Shown here piece after piece: positions 1 to 10,999 of a stretch of DNA of 64,000 bases. Positions within the stretch are counted from its first letter, which is position 1; each line of letters begins with the position of its first letter. Origin of the DNA: Spirochaetia bacterium (GTDB lineage: Bacteria > Spirochaetota > Spirochaetia > CAKZLE01); contig OY782041.1 of assembly GCA_963677595.1 (NCBI GenBank), positions 2,240,001 to 2,304,000 of the forward strand. The letters run 5' to 3'. The notes under the pieces were generated by a model. It ran no database searches, was not told the DNA's origin, and was given only the letters and a program-made list of their open reading frames with translations. Both the position numbers and the translations under genes were made by a program.

Positions 1-477
1 GCTATGATGGTCATGAATGAGATGTACAGCAATCCTGAGATCGTCAACCTCCTCTCTTATGGTGAAGAGGGTGTAGACTACAAGGTAGGAAGTGACGGTA
101 TCGCAATGTTCGCTGACGGCGTGACCTCGCAGAATGCGACCTATAACCCAACCTGGAGCTGGATGGTCGGTAACCAGTTCCTTGCTCACCCATGGGTACC
201 GGATGCCAATACTATCTGGGATGAGACTGCGGCATTCAATGACCTTGGTCAGAAATCACCTGCTTTCGGGTTCATCTTCGATCCTACACCGGTATCTGCT
301 GAGACCGCTGCAGTTGAGAACGTGAAGGCACAGTATGAGGACGCGATCGGTAATGGTGAAGTGGCAAATGTTGAAGCAGCTATCGCTGAATTCAATGACG
401 CCCTGTACAAAGCCGGTCTCCAGAAGATCATGGATGAGAAGACAAAGCAGCTCAATGCATATCTCTCATCAAACTAA
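1..477 (+). CDS. Carbohydrate ABC transporter substrate-binding protein, C-terminal part (DUF3502-like); 5' end outside window
   Basis: C-terminus GFIFDPTPVSAE...LYKAGLQKIMDEKTKQLNAY typical of LplA/DUF3502 SBPs; upstream of LplB/LplC-like permeases. Confidence 0.85.
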   Translation, partial: AMMVMNEMYSNPEIVNLLSYGEEGVDYKVGSDGIAMFADGVTSQNATYNPTWSWMVGNQFLAHPWVPDANTIWDETAAFNDLGQKSPAFGFIFDPTPVSAETAAVENVKAQYEDAIGNGEVANVEAAIAEFNDALYKAGLQKIMDEKTKQLNAYLSSN

Positions 478-510
478 TGATCCAACAGTAGTTGGAATCT
501 GATGTTCACG

Positions 511-531
511 CGGGGGAGGGTTCCTCCCCCG
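511..531 (+). terminator. GC-rich intergenic hairpin after SBP gene (attenuator or mRNA stabiliser)
   Basis: CGGGGGAGG-gtt-CCTCCCCCG inverted repeat; no strong U-tract. Confidence 0.55.
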
Positions 532-565
532 TTGTGATCTAGCTTTAGAATACGTAACGAGTGCT

Positions 566-1390
566 ATGCAGAGAGATACCTTCCAGCTGAGTTTCTGCCA
601 GCCCTGCTTTCAGGGTGAGGGACTGGAAACCAGTCTAAAAAGATTGAAGCGACTTGGGTATGATGGGGTTGAGCTTTCCGGCGATCTGGCTGAGACTGTA
701 CCAGTACTGGAGCTGCTCAAACGGTATGATCTGACTTGCTTCTCGATTAACGGGCTCTATACAGAGGATCGTGATCTTTCTTCGAAAGATGCTTCTGTAC
801 GGAGCAATGCAGTAACATACTGCAGGACCTGCATCGATACGGCTGCCCAGCTTGATGCAAAGGTCGTGATCATCGTCCCGACCTTCATCGGCAAGCTGGG
901 ACCGGAGACAACGGTCGAAGCTGAGTGGGCACATGTGGTTTCAGGCTTGAAACAGGTTGCCGAGTATGCTGAAGATGCAGGCATATGGATTGTCGTGGAA
1001 TCGGTGAATCGATATGAGTCCTATCTGGTCAACAGGCTGGGGACTCAATATGAGTTGCTGCGTGAAGTAGACAACCCGGCAGTGAGGATGATGGGAGACC
1101 TGTTCCACATGAACATTGAAGAGGCGGATATCTGCGAAAGTATCAAGCGATATGCTCCCTGGTTGAAGCATATGCATATTGCAGATAATCATCGCCGGCC
1201 GATAGGGATGGGCAGCTTGCCCATGAAAGAGATCATACAGTCATTACATCAGGCAGGCTGGGATATGCCCCTGACTATGGAGTATGATCATTTGGTACCG
1301 GGTACGAACGGTATCATCTCGAGAGTGAATGAACCTGAGATCTACGATAGATATGCCGGGGTTGCGGCAGAGACTATCAGACGACTGTGA
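566..1390 (+). CDS. Sugar phosphate isomerase/epimerase (AP_endonuc_2 TIM barrel, ketose 3-epimerase-like)
   Basis: Motifs GYDGVEL, ESVNRYE, DLFHMNIEE, HMHIADNHR. Confidence 0.85.
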   Translation: MQRDTFQLSFCQPCFQGEGLETSLKRLKRLGYDGVELSGDLAETVPVLELLKRYDLTCFSINGLYTEDRDLSSKDASVRSNAVTYCRTCIDTAAQLDAKVVIIVPTFIGKLGPETTVEAEWAHVVSGLKQVAEYAEDAGIWIVVESVNRYESYLVNRLGTQYELLREVDNPAVRMMGDLFHMNIEEADICESIKRYAPWLKHMHIADNHRRPIGMGSLPMKEIIQSLHQAGWDMPLTMEYDHLVPGTNGIISRVNEPEIYDRYAGVAAETIRRL

Positions 1391-1459
1391 ATGTAGCTGT
1401 CATGGAACCTGATGGTAAGGGGACATGGATTACTATACTAAACAACATAGAGGTGTGAA

Positions 1460-2533
1460 ATGAAAGCGGTAATTAAGAAAGGGTATGAAGATCATCTTAT
1501 TGAATATACGGATATCCCGAAACCTGAGGTAGGGGAATTCGATGTCCTGGTAAAAGTCAAGGCAGCAGGTATCTGCGGATCTGATCTATCCCTGTTATAC
1601 GGCAAAGTCGAAGGGAAGACCGTTGATTACCCAATAGTCATCGGGCATGAGTTTTCCGGTGAGATCGTTGAAGTAGGGGAGAAAGTCACTGCATGGAAAG
1701 TCGGTGACCGGGTCATCTCTGATAATACCGGATATGTCTGCGGGAAGTGCCATGCCTGTGCGAGCGGCCAATACCTGTTCTGTGCTGATAGAAAGGGCAT
1801 GGGCAATGATATGGACGGTGGGTTTGCCCAGTACGTGAAGATACCGGGCCAAGTCCTCAACGTCTTCCCCAACTGTCTCCAAGAAGTCCCTGAAGGGGTT
1901 TCCTTTGAATATGCAGCTGCTATCGAACCGTTCTGCAACGCCTACAAGGCCGTAATCCAGGAAGCCAGGCTTCTTCCTGGCCAGACTATCGTTGTGTTCG
2001 GGGCTGGGGCTCTCGGCCTGTTCAGCATCCAGGCTGCCAATATCGGCAGTGCGGGCAAGATCATCGTCGTCGGTACGAGTGATGATGAGGAAGTCAGGTT
2101 CAAGAAGGCTGCGATCCTGGGAGCAACAGATTTTGTCGTAGCCGACAAGGATGATGTTGTGACCAAGATCAAGGAGATTGCGGGACCGGAAGGTGTAGCT
2201 GTCGCTGTAGATTGTGCCGGGCCTGGTATTGTCCTCAAGCAGTCCATCGATATCGTTCGTAATGGAGGTATCATCGTAAAGATCGGATACAGCCACAAGC
2301 CTCTTGATTTCTCACTCGACACCATGGCATTGAAGGGAATCACTCTTATCGGGCACATGGGGTATGACACCGCATCGTGGAAGAATAGCCTGGTACTCCT
2401 GAAGGACGGAAGGGTGAACATGGATGCGATCATCTCCCACACCCTGCCGCTTGAAAAGTGGGAGGAGGGGTTCACCCTCGTGAAAGAGCGAAAGGCAACG
2501 AAGGTCCTGTTGATCCCACCTGCTGAAGCATAA
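1460..2533 (+). CDS. Zinc-dependent alcohol/polyol dehydrogenase (YdjL-like)
   Basis: GICGSD, GHEFSG, structural Zn CxxCxxCx7C, GAGALG NAD-binding motif. Confidence 0.9.
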   Translation: MKAVIKKGYEDHLIEYTDIPKPEVGEFDVLVKVKAAGICGSDLSLLYGKVEGKTVDYPIVIGHEFSGEIVEVGEKVTAWKVGDRVISDNTGYVCGKCHACASGQYLFCADRKGMGNDMDGGFAQYVKIPGQVLNVFPNCLQEVPEGVSFEYAAAIEPFCNAYKAVIQEARLLPGQTIVVFGAGALGLFSIQAANIGSAGKIIVVGTSDDEEVRFKKAAILGATDFVVADKDDVVTKIKEIAGPEGVAVAVDCAGPGIVLKQSIDIVRNGGIIVKIGYSHKPLDFSLDTMALKGITLIGHMGYDTASWKNSLVLLKDGRVNMDAIISHTLPLEKWEEGFTLVKERKATKVLLIPPAEA

Positions 2534-2609
2534 GATACGGGATTATATGAACATGAGTCCTATGGTAAGCGATACGATTTTTAAGCGAAAGGAATAATCG
2601 AGGTATTCT

Positions 2610-3572
2610 ATGAAGAAAGACATTTCAACAAGTGGGAGGGGTAACGGTCTCACAGCCGGTAAGAAGTACTGGCGTATCCGTCGGGTGATTCCATTATTCC
2701 TCATGATGGCACCCGGGCTCTTATACCTCTTCGTGAACAATTATCTGCCGTTGAGTTATCTCTGGGTAGCTTTCAAGAATGTCCACTTTGCCAAGGGGCT
2801 GTGGGCAAGTCCCTGGTCTGGTCTGGATAACTTCCTGTATCTGTTCAAGACACATGATGCATGGGTGATCACCCGGAACACCGTCGGATACAATCTCTGT
2901 TTCATCACCGCGAACACCGTGTTCCCCATTGCCCTTGCCCTGATGCTGAATGAGGTTCGGAGGACATCATTGAAGAAATTCTTCCAGACGACTATCCTGA
3001 TCCCATACCTGCTCTCGATGGTAATCGTCGGATACCTGGTCTATGCCCTGTTGGCTGATGATACCGGTGTTATCAACAACTCGGTAATGGGCTGGTTCAA
3101 TCTTGAACCGGTGAAATGGTACAGTACCCCCAATAAGTGGGTAGGAATCCTTAATATCGTGAATATCTGGAAGAATGCCGGGTATTATACCATCATCTAT
3201 TATGCTGCCATCATCGGTATCGGGCCGGAGTATTATGAAGCAGCCGCTATCGATGGTGCGAACCTCTGGCAGAGACTTACCAAAGTCACGCTGCCAATGA
3301 TCAGTACGGTGATCATCACACTGGTATTCCTCCAGGTCGGGAAGATATTCTATTCAGACTTCGGGATGTTCTATCAGGTACCGTTGAACACCGGGGCCCT
3401 GCTGCCTACCACCAATGTCATTGATACCTATGTATATCGTGCCCTGCTGCAATTAGGGAATATCGGCATGTCGGCTGCAGCATGTATCTATCAGTCCGTC
3501 GTGGGATTCCTCATCATCATCAGTGCGAATGCGGTCGTTCGGCGAACAAGTCCTGAAAATGCGATTTTCTAA
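2610..3572 (+). CDS. Carbohydrate ABC transporter permease (LplB-like)
   Basis: Multiple TM helices; EAA loop YYEAAAIDGA. Confidence 0.92.
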   Translation: MKKDISTSGRGNGLTAGKKYWRIRRVIPLFLMMAPGLLYLFVNNYLPLSYLWVAFKNVHFAKGLWASPWSGLDNFLYLFKTHDAWVITRNTVGYNLCFITANTVFPIALALMLNEVRRTSLKKFFQTTILIPYLLSMVIVGYLVYALLADDTGVINNSVMGWFNLEPVKWYSTPNKWVGILNIVNIWKNAGYYTIIYYAAIIGIGPEYYEAAAIDGANLWQRLTKVTLPMISTVIITLVFLQVGKIFYSDFGMFYQVPLNTGALLPTTNVIDTYVYRALLQLGNIGMSAAACIYQSVVGFLIIISANAVVRRTSPENAIF

Positions 3573-3582
3573 GGTGAAGCAA

Positions 3583-4473
3583 ATGAAAAAGAAACGAAGT
3601 ATACAGCAAATAGTCCTTGTGGCGATGTTCACGATTATATCTTTGATGTGCGTGATCCCCCTTGTGATCATCATCTCTGCATCGTTCACCGACAACCTGG
3701 TGATCGTGCGGGAAGGATACTCCTTGCTCCCACGATCATTCAGCCTGGATGCATATAACTATCTCGGCACCCAGTTCGATCGAATCCTGAGAGCCTATTC
3801 TGTCACGATCGTGCTCACCGTCGTTGGTGTCGCCATCGGAATTACCATAACATCCTTGCTGGCCTATCCGTTATCGAGGCCGAACCTCCCGTTCAGGAGA
3901 GGGCTCATGTTCTTCGTGTTCTTCACCATGCTCTTCAATTCAGGACTGGTCCCGACCTATATGGTGTATATCAAGATCTTCAATATCAAGAACACCTGGT
4001 TCGCCCTGCTCATCCCCTGGCTGCTTACTAACGGGTTCAATGTCCTGTTGATGCGGACGTTCTTCGCAGGGATCCCTGAATCTCTGATCGAGTCCGCACG
4101 GATCGACGGGTATGGTGAATTCTCGATTTTCCGTCTGATCGTCGTCCCGTTATCGAAGCCTATTGTTTCTACCATGGGAGTCCTCTATATGATCGTCTAC
4201 TGGAATGACTGGTATAATGGAATGATCTTCATCACCGACCCTTCAAAATACAGTCTCCAGAACCTGCTGAACCGAATACTGCAGAATGCACAGTTCATCG
4301 CAAACAATGCAAGCCTGAGCTCCAATGTTACATCCAGTGTGATGGACAGTCTCCCGTTGGCTTCAGTACGGATGGCGATGGCTGTCCTTGGAGCCATGCC
4401 CCTGCTCATCTTCTACCCGTTCTTCCAGAAGTATCTGGTAAAGGGACTGGTCGTTGGTGCGGTAAAGGGGTAA
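3583..4473 (+). CDS. Carbohydrate ABC transporter permease (LplC-like)
   Basis: ESARIDGYGE EAA loop, C-terminal QKYLVKGLVVGAVKG; start set at ATG 3583 after AAGGTG. Confidence 0.92.
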   Translation: MKKKRSIQQIVLVAMFTIISLMCVIPLVIIISASFTDNLVIVREGYSLLPRSFSLDAYNYLGTQFDRILRAYSVTIVLTVVGVAIGITITSLLAYPLSRPNLPFRRGLMFFVFFTMLFNSGLVPTYMVYIKIFNIKNTWFALLIPWLLTNGFNVLLMRTFFAGIPESLIESARIDGYGEFSIFRLIVVPLSKPIVSTMGVLYMIVYWNDWYNGMIFITDPSKYSLQNLLNRILQNAQFIANNASLSSNVTSSVMDSLPLASVRMAMAVLGAMPLLIFYPFFQKYLVKGLVVGAVKG

Positions 4474-4565
4474 TCAGCACCTGTGACACATGCAGGGAGG
4501 AGAGACTATGGGCAACTGTGGTGACCCATCGGTCGTAAAGGTGTAGATCCTGTTTCGGGCACAAC

Positions 4566-4597
4566 GAAGCTTCTTGTACTTTTGTACAGGGAGCTTC
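4566..4597 (+). terminator. Hairpin downstream of sugar ABC operon
   Basis: GAAGCTTCTTGTAC-tttt-GTACAGGGAGCTTC stem with G-U pairs. Confidence 0.5.
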
Positions 4598-4778
4598 ACT
4601 TGTATACAGTTGTCTTCCCAGGGTTCCTGATACTAACTGGATATAGCCCAAAGAAAGGGCAGATCCCCCTTTTCAAGATCAGAAACAGCTTTCTCCTTGC
4701 GCCCAGCTAGTGATTGAATTATACTTTTTACAAGAAGAACAATTAAATTAGTCAGGTTATGTATCAGCTTTTCTTGAT

Positions 4779-5840
4779 GTGGTGGGGGATGCAGTGAAGA
4801 AAGTTCTTGTTGTTGATGATGAAAAGAGTATTCGATTGACGTTAAAAGCCTTTCTCCAGAATGACGGGTATCAGGTGAGGATCGCAGAAGATGCTGATTC
4901 TGCCCTCGAGCAGATCAGGCAGGATCCGGCAGATATCGTCATCTCCGATATCATCCTTCCCAGAGTCACGGGAGTCGAACTGCTCAAGTCCATACATGCG
5001 ATCCACCCTGACACGCAGGTCATCATGATCACCGGAGAGCCTACCCTCGAATCTGCTTCAGAAGCAGTACGAAGCGGGGCCTGTGACTACCTGTTCAAGC
5101 CTGTCAGTAAGGTCAACCTTCTGCGGGCGGTGGCGACTGCCTCAAGGATCAAGGACCTGGAAGACCAGAACCATGCCTACCAGGAGAATCTGGAGAAGAT
5201 GGTTGCAGAACGTACCCGCCAGCTCCATGAGGCGATGGAGAGCGTCAAGCAGGCCTCCTTCGACACGGTGCTGAGACTTTCGAGAGCAGCGGAGTTCAAG
5301 GATGAGAATACCTTCAGCCACCTGATCCGCATGAGTGAGTACACTGCATTGCTTGCAGAAGTCAGCAACTGCTGTTCAGAGAATCTCGAAGCGGTAAAAT
5401 TCGCAGCATTGCTCCATGACATCGGGAAGATTGGGATCCCTGACCACATTCTATTGAAACCCGGGAAGCTGGATGCCGAGGAATGGCATATCATGAAGAA
5501 ACATGCAGAGTATGGTGACCATATCCTGGAAGGCGCAGACAGTGAGGTCTTGAAGATCGGCAGGGAGATCGCGCTAACGCACCACGAGAAATGGGATGGC
5601 ACGGGCTATCCGAAGGGATTGGCTGGTGAGGAGATCCCTGTCTTCGGGAGGATCGCGGCAATCGCGGATGTCTTCGATGCCCTTTCAACGAAACGTGTCT
5701 ATAAAGATGCGTTCAGTATTGAACAGTCCTTTGAGATACTCAAAGAGGGGCGGGGACAGCATTTCGATCCCCAGCTCGTTGATGCGTTCTTGCTATTACA
5801 GGACAGAGTCATTCAGATTTGGGAGGCCAATAAAGAATAA
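4779..5840 (+). CDS. Response regulator with HD-GYP c-di-GMP phosphodiesterase domain (RpfG-like)
   Basis: REC (VLVVDD, DIILP, KP); LLHDIGKIG and HHEKWDGTGYP; start may be GTG 4794. Confidence 0.92.
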   Translation: MVGDAVKKVLVVDDEKSIRLTLKAFLQNDGYQVRIAEDADSALEQIRQDPADIVISDIILPRVTGVELLKSIHAIHPDTQVIMITGEPTLESASEAVRSGACDYLFKPVSKVNLLRAVATASRIKDLEDQNHAYQENLEKMVAERTRQLHEAMESVKQASFDTVLRLSRAAEFKDENTFSHLIRMSEYTALLAEVSNCCSENLEAVKFAALLHDIGKIGIPDHILLKPGKLDAEEWHIMKKHAEYGDHILEGADSEVLKIGREIALTHHEKWDGTGYPKGLAGEEIPVFGRIAAIADVFDALSTKRVYKDAFSIEQSFEILKEGRGQHFDPQLVDAFLLLQDRVIQIWEANKE

Positions 5841-5926
5841 CCTGACTGTATGAGGAAGCATGAGAAAGAACGATTCCATACGATAGGATTATACAGTTAA
5901 AGCATACTTTGTGGGGAGGTCATGCA

Positions 5927-7078
5927 ATGGAACGAAATTATATCAATCGAAACGAGTACGATGCAGACAGACAGAGAGGATCCAGACATCAGTTTGTCCG
6001 GATCGTCCTGGTCGTTCTGATTCTCTCTATGGTTTTAATGAGCTTCACCAGCTGCAAGGAAGAGGATCCTATAAAGATCGGCGTCATCATCTCCCAGAGC
6101 GGGGCAGGGGGACACCTCTCAGCTGCCCTGGATGCGATCAAGCTTGCAGCGGAAGAGATCAATGAGTCCGGGGGGATCCAGCAGCGGCTGATCGAGGTGT
6201 ACAGTACCGATAACGAGACTGACCCGGAGTTGGCGGTAAAGCAGTTCCAGGAGATGGAGAAGGACATCGCCCCCGATATCTATATCACGGGCTTGAGTTC
6301 CATCTCGACTCAGCTCATTCCCCTTGCAGAGGCGGCAGAGGTCCCGATCTTATGCATCGTGACGGCAATGGAGGATCTCACCAAATCCAAGGAATGGGCT
6401 TTTCGATTCTATTCCATGGCGAGCAATGAAGTAGCTCCCATCATGGACTCTTTGAGGGAATACAACATCAAGGACCTGGGAATAGTCCACTCGGATGACG
6501 AGTATGGGATGTCTGTCTTCAACCTGCTCTCTGCAGCTTGCGAGGAAGAAGGGATCTCTGTCGCTGACGAGTCCTTCAAGAACGGGGCTACCGACCTCTC
6601 CGAGCAGGTGGGGAATCTCGCTGATAAGGAAGGTATCTATGTGATAGGCCTTGTCTCGGCTATGCCTGTGGCGGTCGACGCATTCACGGAGACCGGGTAC
6701 CAGGGGTACCGGCTGGCGACAAGTGCCGCCTGCAGCCCGGGCCTGCTCTCGCTGCCGGCTGCAGAAGGGATGATCGTTGCTGCGCCCGTCATCTATAATA
6801 AGAATTTCTCACTTGCAGAGACACTCAATGAGAAATATATGCAGGCATATGGGGCAAAGCCGACTCAACAGGTAGCCACAGGCTATGAAGCGATCAAGAT
6901 CCTTGCAGGGCTCCTGCAGGACGGGGAGATCACACGGGAATCAATCAAGGAGAAACTTGCATTGGGGTTCGTCTATACCGGGGCTTTGGGCAGTATCTCA
7001 GTCAAGAGAGGTGAGCATGATTTCACCTTCCCGCTCTACCCGGCCCGAATCGAGGAAGGAGTCATCGTATATGAATAG
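5927..7078 (+). CDS. Leu/Ile/Val-type periplasmic binding (lipo)protein, probably accessory sensor for the adjacent kinase
   Basis: Hydrophobic leader plus SFTSC lipobox-like motif, IKIGVI...AAEEINESGGI; overlaps kinase start; no permeases nearby. Confidence 0.8.
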   Translation: MERNYINRNEYDADRQRGSRHQFVRIVLVVLILSMVLMSFTSCKEEDPIKIGVIISQSGAGGHLSAALDAIKLAAEEINESGGIQQRLIEVYSTDNETDPELAVKQFQEMEKDIAPDIYITGLSSISTQLIPLAEAAEVPILCIVTAMEDLTKSKEWAFRFYSMASNEVAPIMDSLREYNIKDLGIVHSDDEYGMSVFNLLSAACEEEGISVADESFKNGATDLSEQVGNLADKEGIYVIGLVSAMPVAVDAFTETGYQGYRLATSAACSPGLLSLPAAEGMIVAAPVIYNKNFSLAETLNEKYMQAYGAKPTQQVATGYEAIKILAGLLQDGEITRESIKEKLALGFVYTGALGSISVKRGEHDFTFPLYPARIEEGVIVYE

Positions 7079-10000
7079 GAAAAAGACCTGGAATATAAAT
7101 GTGAGACTCTTTTCCGGATTTCTCCTTTTCTGCATCCTGCTCGCAGGCATAGGGTACTATACGACGAGAGTCGCGATGTCCACGCTGGCTCATCATGTTG
7201 ATGAAAACTCCCTATTCCTGGTCGAGAAGATACATTCAGACTTTTCCTACGAGATTGAGAGAAAGCGACGGATGCTGTTCCTGTATGTTGAAGGTTCTAA
7301 GATCTGGGAAGCAGCAGACCCCGGGGCAAGGCTGAACGAAGAGCTCCTGGATGGTGTGGAGAAAGAGTTTGGACTCAGGATCTTCGACCGGGCGATCCTC
7401 ACCGACAGCGAAGGGAACTGTATCGCCGACACGAGAGGTGAGATCAACGGCAACCTGTCTGCTGAGGACTGGTGGCAGGAAACTAAGCGGCTGGGCTACT
7501 ATGAAGATGTCGTTCAGGAGAATCTGAATGACATGAATGTCTATTTCCCTCTTTCTGTCAGCATGCATGATGAGAACAATCTATTCGTAGGGAACCTCAT
7601 GGTAAGTATCGACCTGAGTGTGTTCACCCAGCAGATGGCCTCCTCGAATCTCCCACACAAGACGAGCCAGATCCGGATCATCAACTCTTCGGGGGAACTC
7701 CTGTTCTCGACGAACCCCTATGCTCCGTTTACCGATATAACCCAGAAGGACCTCTGGACAGGATTGCAGGTGGACGATGGGGGCTCCTTTATCGAAGAGG
7801 AATCAGGCTTCACAAAGTCTTTTGCCTACTCGAGACTTGATACTACCCACAGGGCCGAGTCCTGGTACTTCCTGGTGGACAGCCATATGGATGAGGTCTT
7901 CAAGTCAGCACAGGACCTCCAGAGGACGAACTACATCATTCTGGGGATCGTGATCTTCCTCGGGCTGGTCATGGCCTACTTCATCTCCAGGTCAATCACG
8001 AAACCGTTATCAAGGTTGAAGGACATCGTCCAGGAGGTCGGGACGGAGAACCTCCACATACGGACGGGTATCCAGCGCAGTGATGAAGTCGGGCTCATCG
8101 CGGAGTCCTTCGATTCGATGATGGGGATCCTCGAGGAACAGACGGAATCCCTGAAGAGCCAGAACTGGAAGGAGAACGGCCAGAACAGGCTTGGTAAAGT
8201 CATGCGCGATGCTCCTGACATGGGGACACTCTGCACAAAGACGCTCTCAGAGCTTGCAGGGCTCCTCGATGCATCGATCGGGGCAGCCTTCATATTGGAG
8301 CAGGATGTGCTGAGGCAGGCAGGGACCTATGCCTACTTGAAAGGAGCGGATACTCCGGAGGCCTGGGCCCTCGGTGAAGGGTTCGTCGGTCAGGCTGCCC
8401 GCCAGAAGGAGCTCATCGTTATTGAGGACCTGCCGTCTGATTACCTGTTCGTCGGATCGTCGGTCGGAAAGGGGACGCCTGCCTGCGTCATAGAGGTCCC
8501 GGTCGTGTTCAATGACGAGCTGAAGGGAGTCCTGGAGCTTGGTTTCAATGAGCCCGTGGATGAACTTAAGAGACAGCTTCTCATGCTTGCGGCCAAGGAC
8601 CTGGCGATCGCGATCGACAACCTGCAGCGGATAGAGACCGAACGGGAACTGCTGAGGATGACAGAGGACCAGAGACAGGAACTGCTTACCCAGCAGGAGG
8701 AGCTCCGGGTCACGAACGAGGAACTCGAGGAGCAGACTGAGCGGCTGAGGATATCGGAAGAACACCTGCGGAAGCAGCAGTCAGAACTTGAAGTTGCCAA
8801 TACCGAACTTGAGGAGAAGAATTTCGCCCTGAATGAGAAGCAGAAGATCGTCGAGCATGCCAGTCATGAACTCGAGAGGAAGGCAGAGGAACTCGTGCAG
8901 GCCAGTAAATATAAATCAGAGTTCCTGTCCAATATGTCCCACGAGCTGAGGACCCCGCTCAACAGCCTCCTCCTGCTCGCGCAGGAGCTGATGAACAACG
9001 AGGAGAAGAATCTTTCCGAGGAACAGATCGAATCTGCCGGGATCATCTACCATGGCGGCAGGGAGCTGCTCTCCCTCATCAACCAGATCCTCGATCTGTC
9101 AAAGATAGAGGCAGGGAAGATGGAGGTCTATCCCGAGACGATCATCGTCGAGGACTTCAAGAGGATCCTGAAGAATGACTTCGAGTTAACCACGAAGAAT
9201 AAGGAGATCGATTTCATCGTTGACGTAAAAAGGAATGCCCCGAAGAAGATCCATAATGATCATCTGAAGATCGAGCAGATTCTGAGGAACCTGGTTGGGA
9301 ATGCGATCAAGTTCACGAAGGATGGTGAGATCCGGGTGACCTTCTCAGGCAGACAGCAGGGGGGTGATAAGATGCTTGTCATCGATGTATCCGATACCGG
9401 TATCGGTATCCCCGAAACACTGCAGGAGGAGATTTTCTCAGCCTTCCATCAGGGTTCCAGCGGAACATCCCGCCAGTATGGGGGGACCGGTCTCGGGCTG
9501 ACCATCACCAGGGAGCTGGTCACCCTGATCGGCGGGACGATCACGATGGAGAGCCTCCCGGAAGAGGGGACCACGTTCACGGTCTGTATACCCGTCACCC
9601 TGCACAATGCAGAGGATGCAGGCGTCAAGAGCGTCCAAAATGAGATAGAACAGCCAGCTGAACAGGGGTCCTCCCCCACATCTCCGGGTCAGGCTGTGAG
9701 TATTGCCGATGACCTGCTGGATGATGTCAGGGCTTTCGATACCACCGCACCGGTACAGGACGACAGGGATTCCCTGAATCCTGATGTACAGACGATCCTG
9801 GTGGTGGAGGATGACCTGGATTTCCTCAAGACTGTCATGAAGAACTGCAGGGCGAAGGGCTACAACTGCATAGGAGAGACCTCGGGGAACCGGGTGCTCG
9901 AATGTGTCAGGACCTATAAGCCTGACGGGATCATCCTGGACCTTCATCTTCCGGGGATGAGCGGGTATGAGATCCTCGACCTGCTGAAGGAGGATACCGA

Positions 10001-10961
10001 CCTTCGTCATATCCCCGTCCATATCATGTCGGTCGATCAACCTTCCCTGCAGGTGTTCAAGCAGGGAGCGATCGGGTTCCTCTCAAAACCGGTAAGCAAG
10101 GAGAGCCTCGATGATGCGATACAGAAGGTCGTCTCATACACCGATGATAAGAAGCGACGGATCCTCATCATCGAGGATGACAGGGAGACCGCTTCACATC
10201 TCGTCTCCCTGCTCACAAGCAGCAATGTCGATGCTGATACTGCCTGTACCGGTGCTGCTGCGGTTCAGATGGCTTCTACTCATGACTATGACTGTCTTGT
10301 CCTCGATCTTGGCCTTCCCGATATGGATGGGCTCGAGGTGATCACGCGAATCGAGGAGTTGAAGAGCAGACAGGATATACCTCCTGTCATCATCTATACA
10401 GCCCAGGATGTCACCGACAAGGAGCTGCTGAGCCTGACAGAATCCCCGCAGTCAGTGATCATCAAGGATGCCCATTCAGAGGAGCGGCTCCTTGATGAGG
10501 TGACACTGTTCCTCCACCAGGTCGTTGAGAGCCTCGAACCCAAGAAACGCCAGGTGATCACGGACCTGCACAATCAGGATTCGATCTTCATGGACCGGAG
10601 GATTCTCGTGACCGATGATGATATGAGGACCCTCTTCGCAATCTCGAAACTGCTGAGGAAGCATGGCATGGATGTCACGAAGGCAGAGTCTGGGAAGAAG
10701 GCTCTGTCACTGCTTGAAGCTGACCATGATTACGACTTGGTCCTCATGGATATCATGATGCCGGAGATGGATGGGATCGAGACGATACACAGGATACGGG
10801 GATTGGAACACTGTAAGGGACTTCCGATTATCGCCTTGACAGCAAAGGCCATGAAAGGGGATCGGGAGAAGTGCATCCAGGCCGGGGCCAGTGATTACCT
10901 GTCAAAGCCGGTCGATATGAAGCGGCTCCTGTCGCTCATGAAGGTCTGGCTCTATCGCTGA
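7071..10961 (+). CDS. Hybrid sensor histidine kinase (TM-Cache-TM-HAMP-GAF-coiled coil-HisKA-HATPase-REC x3)
   Basis: FLSNMSHELRTPLN H-box, NLVGNAIKFT, DTGIGI, GGTGLGL, three receiver domains; ATG 7071 after GAGGAAGGAG. Confidence 0.92.
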   Translation: MNRKKTWNINVRLFSGFLLFCILLAGIGYYTTRVAMSTLAHHVDENSLFLVEKIHSDFSYEIERKRRMLFLYVEGSKIWEAADPGARLNEELLDGVEKEFGLRIFDRAILTDSEGNCIADTRGEINGNLSAEDWWQETKRLGYYEDVVQENLNDMNVYFPLSVSMHDENNLFVGNLMVSIDLSVFTQQMASSNLPHKTSQIRIINSSGELLFSTNPYAPFTDITQKDLWTGLQVDDGGSFIEEESGFTKSFAYSRLDTTHRAESWYFLVDSHMDEVFKSAQDLQRTNYIILGIVIFLGLVMAYFISRSITKPLSRLKDIVQEVGTENLHIRTGIQRSDEVGLIAESFDSMMGILEEQTESLKSQNWKENGQNRLGKVMRDAPDMGTLCTKTLSELAGLLDASIGAAFILEQDVLRQAGTYAYLKGADTPEAWALGEGFVGQAARQKELIVIEDLPSDYLFVGSSVGKGTPACVIEVPVVFNDELKGVLELGFNEPVDELKRQLLMLAAKDLAIAIDNLQRIETERELLRMTEDQRQELLTQQEELRVTNEELEEQTERLRISEEHLRKQQSELEVANTELEEKNFALNEKQKIVEHASHELERKAEELVQASKYKSEFLSNMSHELRTPLNSLLLLAQELMNNEEKNLSEEQIESAGIIYHGGRELLSLINQILDLSKIEAGKMEVYPETIIVEDFKRILKNDFELTTKNKEIDFIVDVKRNAPKKIHNDHLKIEQILRNLVGNAIKFTKDGEIRVTFSGRQQGGDKMLVIDVSDTGIGIPETLQEEIFSAFHQGSSGTSRQYGGTGLGLTITRELVTLIGGTITMESLPEEGTTFTVCIPVTLHNAEDAGVKSVQNEIEQPAEQGSSPTSPGQAVSIADDLLDDVRAFDTTAPVQDDRDSLNPDVQTILVVEDDLDFLKTVMKNCRAKGYNCIGETSGNRVLECVRTYKPDGIILDLHLPGMSGYEILDLLKEDTDLRHIPVHIMSVDQPSLQVFKQGAIGFLSKPVSKESLDDAIQKVVSYTDDKKRRILIIEDDRETASHLVSLLTSSNVDADTACTGAAAVQMASTHDYDCLVLDLGLPDMDGLEVITRIEELKSRQDIPPVIIYTAQDVTDKELLSLTESPQSVIIKDAHSEERLLDEVTLFLHQVVESLEPKKRQVITDLHNQDSIFMDRRILVTDDDMRTLFAISKLLRKHGMDVTKAESGKKALSLLEADHDYDLVLMDIMMPEMDGIETIHRIRGLEHCKGLPIIALTAKAMKGDREKCIQAGASDYLSKPVDMKRLLSLMKVWLYR

Positions 10962-10999
10962 CGGACATCCCGGGGTGACCGGGACCAGGAGAATGGGAT